Assembly: GCA_051984555.1 (NCBI GenBank)
Contig: JBPYEW010000225.1
Location: 12,626 to 76,625, forward strand
From: Terriglobales bacterium
GTDB taxonomy: Bacteria; Acidobacteriota; Terriglobia; Terriglobales; Acidobacteriaceae
Direction: 5' to 3'
DNA: 64,000 bases
Shown: one piece after another, positions 45,872 through 56,336 of the stretch
How positions within the stretch are numbered: position 1 is the first letter of the stretch
Layout of the letters: each line of letters starts with the position of its first letter
Notes under the pieces: generated by a model
What the model was told of the DNA's origin: nothing
Database searches by the model: none
Seen by the model: the letters and a program-made list of their open reading frames with translations, nothing else
Program-made: the position numbers and the translations under genes

Positions 45872-47224
45872 CTACGCGACCAGTTCCCGCAGCCCGTCTC
45901 GGAAAACCTTGCTGTACTGATCCACGTCTTCCGCGGCCGTGGCCGGTGACATCAACGCCATGTTGTGGAAGGGGGTCAGGAGGATTCCGCGATTCATCGA
46001 GTACAGGTGTAAAAAGCGTTCCAACTCGAAATCCATGGCATCGTGCGCCTCGGTTCCGTTCTGCGGGGCTTTTGGACCAAACAAATACTCGGCCCTACAA
46101 CCAAGCCGGGTCACATGCCAAGGCACGCCGAAATCGCGAATCGCTTTCTCGACCCCGGCTGTCCACCGCTCAGCCATGGGAATCATCTTGTCGAATGCTT
46201 CTTTCGTGAGTACGCGCTGCAATGTAGCTCGCATCGCCGCTAGCGATAACGCATTTCCGGCCAGTGTTCCGCCAATACCGCCGGTATCGCAATCCTCAAG
46301 ATTGTGGCGTTGCGAGATCATCCCGGCAACCTTATCCGTAAACCCGTAGACAGCGCCTGGCACACCGCCGCCGATAGGCTTTCCAAAAACCAGAAAATCG
46401 GGATCAAGATTGTGGGCGCGTGTGTATCCGCCGGGGCCGGCGCAAATCGTATGTGTCTCGTCGATGATAAGCAAGGTACCGTACTTGCGCGTGATCTCCC
46501 GCAGGGCATCGTGATATCCGACATCGGGATGAACGATGCCGACGTTCGTCATCGCCGGCTCCGCCAATACGCAGGCAACATCGCCGGGTTCCAACGCCTT
46601 CTCGAGTGCGCCCACATCGTTGAACTCAATGACTTTTGTCGTAACCGAGGGAGGTACAGGTGGTCCTATGTTTCCCCGGCGCGCCTTCGCGGCACCATTG
46701 TCGAGGGTGATAAAGCTTTCATCCACGGTACCGTGATAGCACCAGTTGAACACCAGGATCTTAGGCCGGCCCGTAATGTGCCGAGCTAGTCGTATCGAGA
46801 AGCGGTTTGCGTCAGTCGCCGTAAGCGCGAACTGCCAATAGGTCAAGCCGAATCGCTTCTGCAATTCTTCGGCGACGAAAATCGCATCCTCGCTCGGCAG
46901 CATTAGAGTGATGCCGCGTGCCACTTGTTGTTGCACCGCAGATACAGTCGCAGAGGGCGAGTGACCCGTCATCGCACCCGTATCGCCGAGGCAGAGATCG
47001 ATATAGCGGTTCCCGTCAACATCAAAGAAGTATGCGCCCTGCGCTTCGCGAACGAAGGGGGGAAAAGCTCCCGCCCACTTCATCATCCAGTTCATCGGAA
47101 CGCCAGCCAGTAGAGACTTCTGTGCCCTTTCGAATAGAGCCTTGGACTTCGGCCTGTCCGCGACGAACTTTTTCTGCTCCCTCTCCATGAGCGATTTCAG
47201 ACGCTGGCGATCGATGCTGGTCAT
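45872..47224 (-). CDS. Class III PLP aminotransferase / aminomutase-like protein
   Basis: 450 aa. GSA-aminomutase-like blocks (FALTATDANRFSIRLARHITGR, LIIDETHT) and the Lys context FLVFGKPIGGGVPG. Confidence 0.85.
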   Translation of the reverse strand: MTSIDRQRLKSLMEREQKKFVADRPKSKALFERAQKSLLAGVPMNWMMKWAGAFPPFVREAQGAYFFDVDGNRYIDLCLGDTGAMTGHSPSATVSAVQQQVARGITLMLPSEDAIFVAEELQKRFGLTYWQFALTATDANRFSIRLARHITGRPKILVFNWCYHGTVDESFITLDNGAAKARRGNIGPPVPPSVTTKVIEFNDVGALEKALEPGDVACVLAEPAMTNVGIVHPDVGYHDALREITRKYGTLLIIDETHTICAGPGGYTRAHNLDPDFLVFGKPIGGGVPGAVYGFTDKVAGMISQRHNLEDCDTGGIGGTLAGNALSLAAMRATLQRVLTKEAFDKMIPMAERWTAGVEKAIRDFGVPWHVTRLGCRAEYLFGPKAPQNGTEAHDAMDFELERFLHLYSMNRGILLTPFHNMALMSPATAAEDVDQYSKVFRDGLRELVA

Positions 47225-47291
47225 CCCTGGGTCCTGTGACTAGAGTGAAGTGAGAATGGGAGAGCTTAGCAGAAACCAAGAGGATGGAGCT

Positions 47292-47315
47292 ATGGGCGGC
47301 GGGCGCCGCCCCCAT
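47292..47315 (-). terminator. GC-rich hairpin after hslU (possible terminator, no U-tract)
   Basis: The minus strand reads AUGGGGGCGGCGCCCGCCGCCCAU, starting 6 nt after the hslU stop. It forms a 10-bp stem with one bulge, but the downstream sequence is only moderately U-rich. Confidence 0.3.
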
Positions 47316-47320
47316 CCGGA

Positions 47321-48742
47321 TTAGAGGATGTACCTTGACAGGTCCTGATCTTTGACGATATCGGTCAACATCTTTCGAACGTATTCGGCATCGACGGCAA
47401 ACTGTTGGCCTTTTTTATCGGGTGCGTCGAAGCTGATCTCGTCAAGCACGCGCTCCATGATCGTGTGCAGTCTCCGCGCACCGATATTCTCGGTTCCCTC
47501 ATTGACGCGGAATGCAAATCGAGCTACTTCATCCAAAGCCTCGCGCGTAAATTCCAGTTTCACGCCCTCTGTTTCCAGCAACGCGGTGTACTGCTTTACC
47601 AGCGAAGATTTCGGCTCCGTCAGGATACGGATGAAGTCATCCATTGTGAGTGACTGCAATTCCACCCTTATGGGGAACCGTCCCTGCAACTCAGGAATTA
47701 AGTCGCTTGGCTTCGACACATGGAAAGCACCTGCGGCCACAAACAGGATGTGATCGGTTCTCACCATCCCATATCGCGTATTCACGGTGGTACCTTCCAC
47801 TATCGGCAAGATGTCGCGTTGAACTCCCTCTCGCGAAACATCCGGGCCATGCCCGCTTTCCCGACCAGCGATCTTGTCGATTTCATCCAGAAAGATAATT
47901 CCGGAATTCTCGACGCGATCAATCGCGACACGCGTAACCTGGTCCATGTCGATAAGGCGCTGCTCTTCTTCCTGGATCAGGTACTCGAAGGCCTCACTGA
48001 CCTTCATCTTTCGCTTCTTACTGCGTTGGCCGAAGATGTTGGGCAACATGTCCTTGACATTGATGTCCATCTCCTCGACACCCTGGTTAGAGATGATCTC
48101 GAAAGCTGGAAAGGACTTCTCACGAGTTTCTATCTCGACCATGCGCTCGTCGAGCTTGCCTTCGCGTAACTGCTGCCGAAGTTTCTCCCGCGTGCGAGAG
48201 TGCGATTCGGTTACGGACTGAGATCCGCCATCGAGAACTACGCCCCCGGTGGTGGTATCCGACGTACGCTGCGAAGGCGGGCTTGGCGGCAACAAAATAT
48301 CCAGCAGGCGCTCTTCCGCATTCAATTCCGCCTTATCGGAAACATCTTCCAGCTTCTCTTCCCGAACCATGTCGATGGCGATCTCGACGAGGTCGCGAAT
48401 CATGGACTCAACATCGCGGCCGACATAGCCGACTTCGGTAAATTTGGAAGCCTCCACCTTCAGGAACGGTGAATTCGCGAGCTTCGCCAGACGGCGCGCG
48501 ATCTCAGTCTTACCCACGCCCGTAGGCCCGATCATGATGATGTTCTTAGGAATGATCTCCTCGGCAAGATCTGGGCCGAGTTTCTGACGCCGCATACGGT
48601 TTCGCAGAGCTATAGCTACTGCGCGCTTCGCGTCCTTTTGTCCGACAACATATTTGTCGAGTTCGGAAACGATCTCGCGAGGTGTTAACTCGTCGAGCGA
48701 AACCTGCTCTTCTTCGGTAGTTCCAGGTAGATAAATGGCCAT
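47321..48742 (-). CDS. hslU: ATP-dependent protease ATPase subunit HslU
   Basis: [24 protein letters not shown] and Walker [16 protein letters not shown]. The start is trimmed to ATG 48742 (MAIYLPG). Confidence 0.95.
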   Translation of the reverse strand: MAIYLPGTTEEEQVSLDELTPREIVSELDKYVVGQKDAKRAVAIALRNRMRRQKLGPDLAEEIIPKNIIMIGPTGVGKTEIARRLAKLANSPFLKVEASKFTEVGYVGRDVESMIRDLVEIAIDMVREEKLEDVSDKAELNAEERLLDILLPPSPPSQRTSDTTTGGVVLDGGSQSVTESHSRTREKLRQQLREGKLDERMVEIETREKSFPAFEIISNQGVEEMDINVKDMLPNIFGQRSKKRKMKVSEAFEYLIQEEEQRLIDMDQVTRVAIDRVENSGIIFLDEIDKIAGRESGHGPDVSREGVQRDILPIVEGTTVNTRYGMVRTDHILFVAAGAFHVSKPSDLIPELQGRFPIRVELQSLTMDDFIRILTEPKSSLVKQYTALLETEGVKLEFTREALDEVARFAFRVNEGTENIGARRLHTIMERVLDEISFDAPDKKGQQFAVDAEYVRKMLTDIVKDQDLSRYIL

Positions 48743-48805
48743 AACAAAGTCGTTGATCGTTGGTCGCAGGTCTTCGGCAGAAAACCGGCTGCCAGTCCCC
48801 AAAGG

Positions 48806-49348
48806 CTAGAGTTCTTCGAACGTCACACTCTCATTGGTATAGATGCACATCTTGCCGGCAATCTTCATCGCCTGTTCCGCGATCTGCCGCGCAGAGAGCT
48901 GTGTATGCTCCGCAAGTGCTTGCGCTGCGGAAAGCGCATAGGGTCCCCCACTACCTATGGCCGCGATCCCACTGTCAGGCTCGATAACATCGCCCTGACC
49001 GCTCAATAGAAAGGTTTGCTCCCTATCGCACACCAGGAGCAGAGCCTCGAGATGGCGCAGGTATTTATCCGTCCGCCAATCTTTAGCCAGTTCCACCGCT
49101 GCGCGCCCGATATTTCCGTGGTACTGCTCAAGTTTCGACTCGAACCTGCTGAACAGCGAGAACGCATCGGCTGTCGATCCAGCAAATCCGGCCAGAATTT
49201 TGTCCTGATACAAACGACGGATCTTTCGGGCGTTGTGTTTAATGACCGATTCACCGAGCGTAACCTGGCCGTCTCCGGCCAGCACTACTTGGCCGTCTTT
49301 GCGAACGCTGAGTACCGTGGTGGAACGCACTAGCCGCTTCTTGCTCAT
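48806..49348 (-). CDS. hslV: ATP-dependent protease peptidase subunit HslV
   Basis: N-terminal [23 protein letters not shown]. The 180-aa size fits the proteasome beta-type fold. Confidence 0.95.
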   Translation of the reverse strand: MSKKRLVRSTTVLSVRKDGQVVLAGDGQVTLGESVIKHNARKIRRLYQDKILAGFAGSTADAFSLFSRFESKLEQYHGNIGRAAVELAKDWRTDKYLRHLEALLLVCDREQTFLLSGQGDVIEPDSGIAAIGSGGPYALSAAQALAEHTQLSARQIAEQAMKIAGKMCIYTNESVTFEEL

Positions 49349-49458
49349 GAGGTCAATTTTTGATTATAGCAGTGGCGTTCCCCGCCAAAGAGCGCCCAAG
49401 TTCACGATGATCGCATCCGCGGGCGCGTATACTCGAGCTGAACCGCTAAGGAGGGCCG

Positions 49459-49857
49459 ATGAAACTTGCTTTCGTCCTAATGACTTGCGTTTTCCTGAAT
49501 CCTGGTGTGTGGGGGCAAACGGGTGGCGAGCAGAGTACAACCTCGGGACAACCTTCAGGCCCTATGCAGCATGAGATGGCGCCCATGATGCAGCAGCATA
49601 TGCAAGAAATGAAGGCGCAGGTAGAAAGTATGCGCGCCAAAGTTGATCAAATGAAATCAAACCTGCCTAAAATCAAAGACCCGACAACCAAGCAGCAGAT
49701 GCAACTCGACACCGAACTCTGGGATGCTATGGTCACTCACCTTGAAAATATGCAGAAAGTGATGGCGGAGCACCCGATGGGCGGAATGCATCACGGCCCT
49801 CACGGTCCCGGCGGTCCGCCCCAACCACCACCTTCGCCACAAACGCAGCCACAATAG
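49459..49857 (+). CDS. Secreted Met/His/Gln-rich protein of unknown function
   Basis: ATG follows AAGGAGG. The signal peptide is MKLAFVLMTCVFLNPGVWG. The mature part is rich in Met (MQHEMAPMMQQHMQEMK) and His (HPMGGMHHGPHGP), and ends in a Pro-rich tail. Confidence 0.65.
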   Translation: MKLAFVLMTCVFLNPGVWGQTGGEQSTTSGQPSGPMQHEMAPMMQQHMQEMKAQVESMRAKVDQMKSNLPKIKDPTTKQQMQLDTELWDAMVTHLENMQKVMAEHPMGGMHHGPHGPGGPPQPPPSPQTQPQ

Positions 49858-49886
49858 CAACCTGAGTAGGTAGGATTAGATAAGTA

Positions 49887-49917
49887 AGCCCGGGACACAC
49901 GTTCCGGGCTACTTTTC
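49887..49917 (+). terminator. Rho-independent terminator after the Met/His-rich protein gene
   Basis: AGCCCGG(GA)-CACACG-(TT)CCGGGCT stem-loop followed by ACTTTTC, starting 30 nt after the stop codon. Confidence 0.55.
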
Positions 49918-50018
49918 ATCCATCCAGATCACACAAATCCAATTCAAGGCTTTCGCTCACCAATGACTGGCGTCTCGTTATTGTCCCGCCGACCCTCGAC
50001 GGAGCACGAGGCGCCCCT

Positions 50019-50108
50019 TCAAGTGGGAATTCCAAGCTTTGGCAAGAGCCATTGGGTGAGCACTACCCAGGCGGCGACGAAAATCAAAAACCAAGCCCAT
50101 TGCGGCAT
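50019..50108 (-). CDS. Candidate 29-aa hydrophobic small protein downstream of acnA
   Basis: Not in the ORF track because it is too short. Own translation gives GGAGG, 6 nt, then ATG CCG CAA TGG ... TGA = MPQWAWFLIFVAAWVVLTQWLLPKLGIPT. It has one TM-length hydrophobic segment, lies on the same strand as acnA, and starts 90 nt after the acnA stop. Confidence 0.4.
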   Translation of the reverse strand: MPQWAWFLIFVAAWVVLTQWLLPKLGIPT

Positions 50109-50198
50109 GTGGCACCTCCGCTTCCCGTAAGTTGCTAACGTTATCGCAAGGTATCAATTCGCAACTGGACGGCGCCAAACCTTGCACTCGAACTGCTG

Positions 50199-52901
50199 CT
50201 AGGCGTGCACTGCTTCCGGTTTACCAGCCAACAGCTGCCGCAGCACATATTGCAGAATGCCACCATTTGCGAAGTACTGCGCCTCCTGCGGCGTGTCGAT
50301 GCGGACCAAGACTTTGAATTCCTTGGTCTTTCCATCCGCGCTTGCCCGCACTTTAAGCTGCCGTGCAGGAGCGAACCTCTCTACAATCTCGCGTATACCT
50401 TGTATATCAATGACCTCTTCTCCAGTCAGCTTGAGGGATTCCGCATTTTCACCTGCCGCGAATTGCAGCGGTAAAATGCCCATGCCAACTAGATTCGAGC
50501 GATGGATCCGTTCGTAGCTTTCCGCGATCACCGCTTGAACCCCCAGTAGCCGCGGCCCTTTCGCTGCCCAATCGCGTGACGATCCCGAACCATATTCTTT
50601 TCCCGCCATGATGATTAGCGGCACGCCCTCCGCGATGTATTTTTCCGAAGCCTCAAAGATCGTCATCTCTGCGCCATCGGTCAAGTGGCGTGTGAATCCG
50701 CCTTCCAGGTTGGGGACCATCTTGTTGCGCAATCGAACGTTGGCAAAGGTGCCTCGCACCATTACTTCGTGATTTCCCCGGCGTGAGCCATAGGAGTTGA
50801 AGTCCGCTGGCTTGACCCCGTGCTCAACTAGATATTTGCCGGCAGGACTGTCTTTCTTGATCGATCCGGCCGGGGAAATATGATCGGTCGTCACGCTGTC
50901 GCCGAGCACAGCCAGCACTCGCGCTGCCTGGATGTCCGCAACTGGGGACGGTTTCAACGCCATCTCGTCAAAATAGGGTGCCCGCTGAATGTACGTAGAC
51001 GAGGTGTCCCAGGCGTAGGTCTCGCCCTGAGGAACCGGCAGGGACCGCCAGCGTTCATCGCCGGCGAACACGTCGCTGTAGCTATTACGGAACATTTGCG
51101 AATCGATGGACTGCTGTACCGCCTCATTGACTTCCCGCTGCGACGGCCAAATGTCTGTTAGATAGATCGGCAGGCCATCTTTACCCTTACCGATGGGATC
51201 CCTGTGCAGATCGATGTCGACGCGACCCGCCAGGGCAAAGGCCACCACGAGCGGAGGAGACATAAGGTAGTTCGCGCGAACTTCCGAATTAATTCGCCCT
51301 TCGAAGTTGCGGTTCCCCGACAGCACAGATGCGACCACGAGGTTCTTCTCATCAATCGCGGTGGAAATATTGGCCGGCAGCGGACCGGAATTTCCGATAC
51401 ATGTGGTGCAGCCGTATCCCACGAGATTGAACTTCAGCTTCTCGAGATATGGCATCAATCCCGCGCGCTCGAGATACTCGCGGACGACCTTAGATCCGGG
51501 TGCGAGTGATGTCTTCACCCACGCCGGTGTGGACAGTCCCCGTTCAACCGCCTTCTTTGCAAGCAGACCGGCAGCGAGCATGACCGAAGGATTCGACGTG
51601 TTTGTGCAGCTTGTAATCGCCGCGATCACTACATTTCCGTGACGGAGTCCGTTGCCCGAGGGTGAGCCGCCGGTTGACTTCGCAGCAGCGTTCGCCTTTG
51701 CCTTCATTAAGGACGGAAGAGCCGCCTCAAACGACTGCTTGGCCGCCGACAGGGGCACACGGTCTTGCGGACGCTTCGGCCCGGCGATGCTCGGCTCCAC
51801 TGTCGCCAAATCCAATGTCAGCAGTTCGGAGTACTCCGCTTCGGGCGCCTTCTCGTCATGGAACAGCCCCTGCTCACGACAATACGCCTCGATAACTGCA
51901 ATCTGCTCGTCCGAACGTCCGCTGAGTCGCAGGTACGTGAGAGTTTCGTGATCGATTGGGAAGATGCCGCAGGTGGCCCCGTACTCGGGTGACATGTTTC
52001 CGATGGTCGCGCGGTCGGCGAGCGGGAGATATTTCAGTCCGGGACCGAAGTATTCCACGAACTTCCCTACTACACCGTGCTTGCGAAGCATCTCCGTAAT
52101 CGTGAGAACAAGATCTGTAGCAGTGGCACCCTCGCGCAACTTGCCGGTAAGCTTCACGCCGACAACGAGCGGAATCAGCATGGAGACTGGTTGGCCCAAC
52201 ATCGCGGCTTCAGCCTCAATTCCACCCACGCCCCAGCCGAGGACGCCCAAGCCATTGATCATTGTGGTGTGCGAGTCCGTTCCGACTAACGTGTCGGGAT
52301 ACGCGGCATGCTTTCCGCCCGTTTCCTGTACAAAAATGACTCGCGCCAGGTACTCGAGATTGACCTGGTGCACGATTCCGGTGTCCGGTGGAACGATCGC
52401 CAGATTACGGAATGCTGTCTGTCCCCAGCGCAAGAATGCATACCGCTCTTTGTTCCGCTGGAATTCGAGGAGCGCATTCATCTCGAATGCATTAGAACTT
52501 CCAAATTCATCCACCTGAACCGAGTGATCAATGACCAACTCGGCAGGTTGCAGCGGGTTGATGAGCGACGCATCTCCGCCCAGACGCTGCATGGCGTTGC
52601 GCATCGCTGCCAAATCAACTACAGCCGGTACACCGGTGAAATCCTGAAGCAATACACGGCTCGGCGTGAACGCAATCTCCTTCTCGGGGCGGGTTTGACT
52701 GTTCCACGCCGCCAGCGCGCGAATATCTTCTTTCTTTACATTGCGCCCGTCCTCCGTACGCAATAGGTTCTCGAGGAGGATGCGCAAGGAATACGGCAAA
52801 TGCCTGGTCGAGATACCCTGCTTATCAAGAGTACCGATTCGATATATTTCGTAGTCTTTGTTTCCGACGCGAAGGCTGGAGCGGGCACCAAAGCTGTTCA
52901 T
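50199..52901 (-). CDS. acnA: Aconitate hydratase A
   Basis: 900 aa. It has the N-terminus [14 protein letters not shown] and Fe-S ligand contexts [12 protein letters not shown] and [10 protein letters not shown]. Confidence 0.95.
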   Translation of the reverse strand: MNSFGARSSLRVGNKDYEIYRIGTLDKQGISTRHLPYSLRILLENLLRTEDGRNVKKEDIRALAAWNSQTRPEKEIAFTPSRVLLQDFTGVPAVVDLAAMRNAMQRLGGDASLINPLQPAELVIDHSVQVDEFGSSNAFEMNALLEFQRNKERYAFLRWGQTAFRNLAIVPPDTGIVHQVNLEYLARVIFVQETGGKHAAYPDTLVGTDSHTTMINGLGVLGWGVGGIEAEAAMLGQPVSMLIPLVVGVKLTGKLREGATATDLVLTITEMLRKHGVVGKFVEYFGPGLKYLPLADRATIGNMSPEYGATCGIFPIDHETLTYLRLSGRSDEQIAVIEAYCREQGLFHDEKAPEAEYSELLTLDLATVEPSIAGPKRPQDRVPLSAAKQSFEAALPSLMKAKANAAAKSTGGSPSGNGLRHGNVVIAAITSCTNTSNPSVMLAAGLLAKKAVERGLSTPAWVKTSLAPGSKVVREYLERAGLMPYLEKLKFNLVGYGCTTCIGNSGPLPANISTAIDEKNLVVASVLSGNRNFEGRINSEVRANYLMSPPLVVAFALAGRVDIDLHRDPIGKGKDGLPIYLTDIWPSQREVNEAVQQSIDSQMFRNSYSDVFAGDERWRSLPVPQGETYAWDTSSTYIQRAPYFDEMALKPSPVADIQAARVLAVLGDSVTTDHISPAGSIKKDSPAGKYLVEHGVKPADFNSYGSRRGNHEVMVRGTFANVRLRNKMVPNLEGGFTRHLTDGAEMTIFEASEKYIAEGVPLIIMAGKEYGSGSSRDWAAKGPRLLGVQAVIAESYERIHRSNLVGMGILPLQFAAGENAESLKLTGEEVIDIQGIREIVERFAPARQLKVRASADGKTKEFKVLVRIDTPQEAQYFANGGILQYVLRQLLAGKPEAVHA

Positions 52902-52994
52902 ATCAGTCCTGCTTCTGTTTTGTGGTTATCAATCTAGTGTAGTCGTTCTCAGGACGGTTGCGTAGTGCCGCAAGCGGCCGGAATTGACTTGAGC

Positions 52995-53420
52995 TCACTT
53001 AGCGCGAAGGAGCAGTACGGGAGCGCTCACACTGTGCTGAACCCGACTGGCGGTCGTGCCGAGAAAAAGGTCACCGAGAAAACGGTGCCCATGCGTGCTC
53101 ATGGCAACCAGGTCGCACCCTTTTTGCTCGACCCACTTAATGATTTCAGCAACGGGTTCGCCGAACGCCAACTCAGCCTCGGCTGGAATTCCAGCAGATT
53201 GAAATTCTTCTCGGACTTGGCGCAGGTACGCCGTGTCCTCGGAGATCTCACGACTGACGGCATCCGAGCCATAGGTGCGAGCCGCCCATCCATCAGCAAC
53301 GTGGAGAAGCACCAGACGGCTGTGCGCGAGAGTCGCCAACTTCTTCACGTGCTCGATGATGGCACGGTCGCTGCGCGATCCGTCCAAGGTGACCAGTATT
53401 TTTTCGTAGAGGGTTTTCAT
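52995..53420 (-). CDS. Universal stress protein (UspA family)
   Basis: The start is trimmed to ATG 53420 (MKTLYEKILVTLDGS). The C-terminal ATP-binding block is STHGHRFLGDLFLGTTASRVQHSVSAPVLLL. It lies 8 nt downstream of mntH. Confidence 0.85.
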   Translation of the reverse strand: MKTLYEKILVTLDGSRSDRAIIEHVKKLATLAHSRLVLLHVADGWAARTYGSDAVSREISEDTAYLRQVREEFQSAGIPAEAELAFGEPVAEIIKWVEQKGCDLVAMSTHGHRFLGDLFLGTTASRVQHSVSAPVLLLRAK

Positions 53421-53428
53421 ATGTTGGT

Positions 53429-54859
53429 CTACCCTCCCACGATCACCCTCCAAGCCTCTCTGATAGAGCCAGGAAGACCGTAAAGGTCCATGCAGGTGAT
53501 CAGGATAGCACTGGCCCAGCCCGTAGCCAGAAGGAACCAACCGTTTCGCCAATTTCCCATTCGTTCACGCGAACTTGTGAAATGAAGCAGCGGAAACATC
53601 GCGAACGGAAGTTGAAGCGCCAGCACGACCTGGCTTAGCATCAACAGGTCCGTAACGCTGCTGTCACCGCGCATGCCAATTATTAAGATGGCTGGCAGGA
53701 TCGCTAAGACTCGCGTAATTACGCGGCGAACCCATGGTCGCATCCGCCAATGCATAAAGCCTTCCATCACAACTTGACCAGCCAGGGTGCCGGTGATCGT
53801 GCTGCTCTGCCCACTGGCCAGTAACGCTACCGCAAACAGGATACTGGCGGCGGCGGTGCCCAGTAATGGTGCCAAAGTCAGGTATGCAACGCGAATCCAA
53901 TCACTATTGGCAGAGAAATGGATGACCTGCCCCGTCGCGAGTGCGACGCTGTCTTTCCCAAAAAAAACCGTGGCGGCCAGGACCAGGATGGCGGCGTTGA
54001 CACAGAACGCCACGCCAAGTGCTACCACCGAGTCTACCGTGTTGAATCGAATCGCACTTCGAATAGAAGCCGTGTCCTTCTGAAGCTTTCGGCTCTGCAC
54101 CAAGGCCGAATGGAGATACAAATTATGGGGCATGACGGTAGCCCCGATAATTCCAATCGCGACATACCACATACCTGACTCTCTCAACGTGGGCGTTATC
54201 AGTGATCTCCCAAGCTCCACAAACCCGGGCCGAGTTTGAGGCAGGACAAAGATCTCGATGAAATAGCACGCCGCGATCGTGGCCACGAGCAACAGAACGA
54301 CTGCCTCGATTCCGCGAATACCAAGACTCTGCAGAGTAAGCAGGATCAGAACGTCTAGAGCTGTGATGACCACTGCCCATAACAGCGGGATGTGGAACAG
54401 GAGATTAAGAGCAACGGCGCTGCCCAGCACCTCCGCCAAATCGCAGGCAGCAATCGCCACCTCGCTCATTAACCAGTTGGGCCAACGCGTCCATTCCGGA
54501 TACCAATCGCGACAGCACTGCGCCAGATCTTTGCCGGTCACGACGCCAAGCCGTGCCGAGATGACCTGCATGAAAATCGCCATCAGGCTGGCGAGCCCGA
54601 CGACCCACATCAGCTCATACTTGTAGTGCGCTCCCGCTTGAAGGTCCGTCCCCCAATTACCCGGATCCATGTACCCGACGCTGACTAAAATGGCGGGGCC
54701 TACGAAAGCCCGCCACTTCTCCCAGAAGCCAGCTTCATGGTGCGGGACTTCAACAGTGCCGTGAACATCTTCCAGGGAAGGAGAAGCTGACACTCTGGCG
54801 GGTGGCGCACTGACCCCGGGTACAGACCGCCGTTCGGGATTCGGGTCAGTGCTGCGCAT
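53429..54859 (-). CDS. mntH: NRAMP-family Mn2+/Fe2+ proton symporter
   Basis: Canonical GYMDPGNWGTDLQAG motif and MPHNLYLHS motif, in a polytopic 476-aa protein. Confidence 0.9.
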   Translation of the reverse strand: MRSTDPNPERRSVPGVSAPPARVSASPSLEDVHGTVEVPHHEAGFWEKWRAFVGPAILVSVGYMDPGNWGTDLQAGAHYKYELMWVVGLASLMAIFMQVISARLGVVTGKDLAQCCRDWYPEWTRWPNWLMSEVAIAACDLAEVLGSAVALNLLFHIPLLWAVVITALDVLILLTLQSLGIRGIEAVVLLLVATIAACYFIEIFVLPQTRPGFVELGRSLITPTLRESGMWYVAIGIIGATVMPHNLYLHSALVQSRKLQKDTASIRSAIRFNTVDSVVALGVAFCVNAAILVLAATVFFGKDSVALATGQVIHFSANSDWIRVAYLTLAPLLGTAAASILFAVALLASGQSSTITGTLAGQVVMEGFMHWRMRPWVRRVITRVLAILPAILIIGMRGDSSVTDLLMLSQVVLALQLPFAMFPLLHFTSSRERMGNWRNGWFLLATGWASAILITCMDLYGLPGSIREAWRVIVGG

Positions 54860-54999
54860 TTGCTAATAGTAACTTCTGGCGCTCCTGACGCTCCATCTAA
54901 TCAGAATCGGCCAAGCTAAGCGGTTGTCGAACCTAATGGTGGCAGGACTGATAAGGGTTTGACATCTTCATTCTCTGGCCAATACCCTTGTTTGTCCTC

Positions 55000-56271
55000 A
55001 TGAAAGTTCTGGTCATTGGTAGCGGCGGCCGCGAGCACGCCTTGGTGTGGAAGTTGCGCCAATCCTCCCGCGTATCCCACCTGTACTGCGCTCCGGGAAA
55101 TGGGGGTATCTGCGAGGAGTCGGAATGTGTTCCGGTGGACATCAGGAGTTTAGACTCCATAGTTTCCCTCGCAAATCAGCTCAAACCGGATTTAACGGTG
55201 ATCGGTCCCGAGTTACCACTGACGCTCGGCGTTGTTGACGAATTCCAGCGGCGTGGCTGGCCTATCTTTGGGCCCACAAAAGCTGCTGCCCAACTGGAAT
55301 CCAGCAAGAGCTTCGCGAAAGAGTTCCTGCAGCGACATCACATCCCCACGGCTCACTATGCGATCTGCAACTCGCTGGATGAGGTACGCGATGCTCTTCC
55401 CCATTTTCACCCTCCCATTGTGGTGAAGGCGGACGGTTTGGCGGCGGGAAAGGGTGTAGTGATCGCCAAAAGTAAGGAAGAGGCCACCGCCACGGCAGCC
55501 GAGATGCTTAGCGGCAAGATGCTGGGCGAAGCGGGCTCACGAATCGTACTGGAGGAGTTCCTCCAAGGCGATGAGTTGTCATTCTTGGTTTTCAGCGACG
55601 GTGAACGTGTGGCTCCGCTGGTTGCTGCTCAGGATCATAAGCGTGTTGGCGATGGGGACACCGGACCTAATACCGGAGGCATGGGCGCCTATTCCACATC
55701 GAACATCATCGACGAAAAAATGCGCGACTGGCTCGTCAATCACATCGCGCGGCCGGTGGTCGCAGGAATGAAAGCGGAAGGCATCGAATATAAAGGTGTT
55801 CTCTACTGCGGGCTCATGATGACGGCCCGAGGGCCCATGGTCCTCGAGTTCAACTGCCGGTTCGGAGATCCTGAAACACAACCGATTCTCATGCGCTTGG
55901 AAAGCGACCTGGTGGAAGCGATCGAGGCGTCGATCGAGGGCCGCACCAGTGAAGGAGATTTCCGCTGGTCTTCGGACGCGGCTGTTTGTGTGGTGATGTC
56001 GTCGGGCGGTTATCCGGGAACGTACGATTCCGGCAAGAAAATTGTCGGACTGGAGAACGCGGCTGGCATTGCGGGTGTAAAGACTTTTCACGCAGGAACA
56101 ACCAAGCGTGATGGCATGTTCTACAGCTCAGGCGGTCGGGTGCTGGGCATAACGGCACGCGCCCCAGATCTGGCGACGGCGGTCAAGCGGGCTTATGACG
56201 CAGTCGCCACAATTGGCTTTGAAGGCGCTCACTACCGTAAGGACATCGCGGCAAGAGCTTTGAGGAAGTAG
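55000..56271 (+). CDS. purD: Phosphoribosylamine-glycine ligase
   Basis: MKVLVIGSGGREHALVWKL N-terminus and ATP-grasp blocks. The start is trimmed to ATG 55000. Confidence 0.95.
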   Translation: MKVLVIGSGGREHALVWKLRQSSRVSHLYCAPGNGGICEESECVPVDIRSLDSIVSLANQLKPDLTVIGPELPLTLGVVDEFQRRGWPIFGPTKAAAQLESSKSFAKEFLQRHHIPTAHYAICNSLDEVRDALPHFHPPIVVKADGLAAGKGVVIAKSKEEATATAAEMLSGKMLGEAGSRIVLEEFLQGDELSFLVFSDGERVAPLVAAQDHKRVGDGDTGPNTGGMGAYSTSNIIDEKMRDWLVNHIARPVVAGMKAEGIEYKGVLYCGLMMTARGPMVLEFNCRFGDPETQPILMRLESDLVEAIEASIEGRTSEGDFRWSSDAAVCVVMSSGGYPGTYDSGKKIVGLENAAGIAGVKTFHAGTTKRDGMFYSSGGRVLGITARAPDLATAVKRAYDAVATIGFEGAHYRKDIAARALRK

Positions 56272-56336
56272 TTTTTGATTCTTAGACCAGGCCATCCAGC
56301 TTGGTCGCAATTCTTAACTGAGAGGGTCGGTAATCA

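Noticed and set aside
49920-50021. UGA read-through (selenocysteine) extension of the 29-codon small ORF.
   Set aside because: The downstream frame is hydrophilic with no redox motif conserved around the UGA. Only a weak 5-bp hairpin follows, not a convincing bacterial SECIS element.
54860-54999. Metal-responsive operator or sigma-70 promoter in the mntH/purD divergent region (TTGACA at 54959-54964).
   Set aside because: The -35-like hexamer has no acceptable -10 partner at 16-18 nt. I could not recognise a MntR/Fur-type palindrome with confidence.
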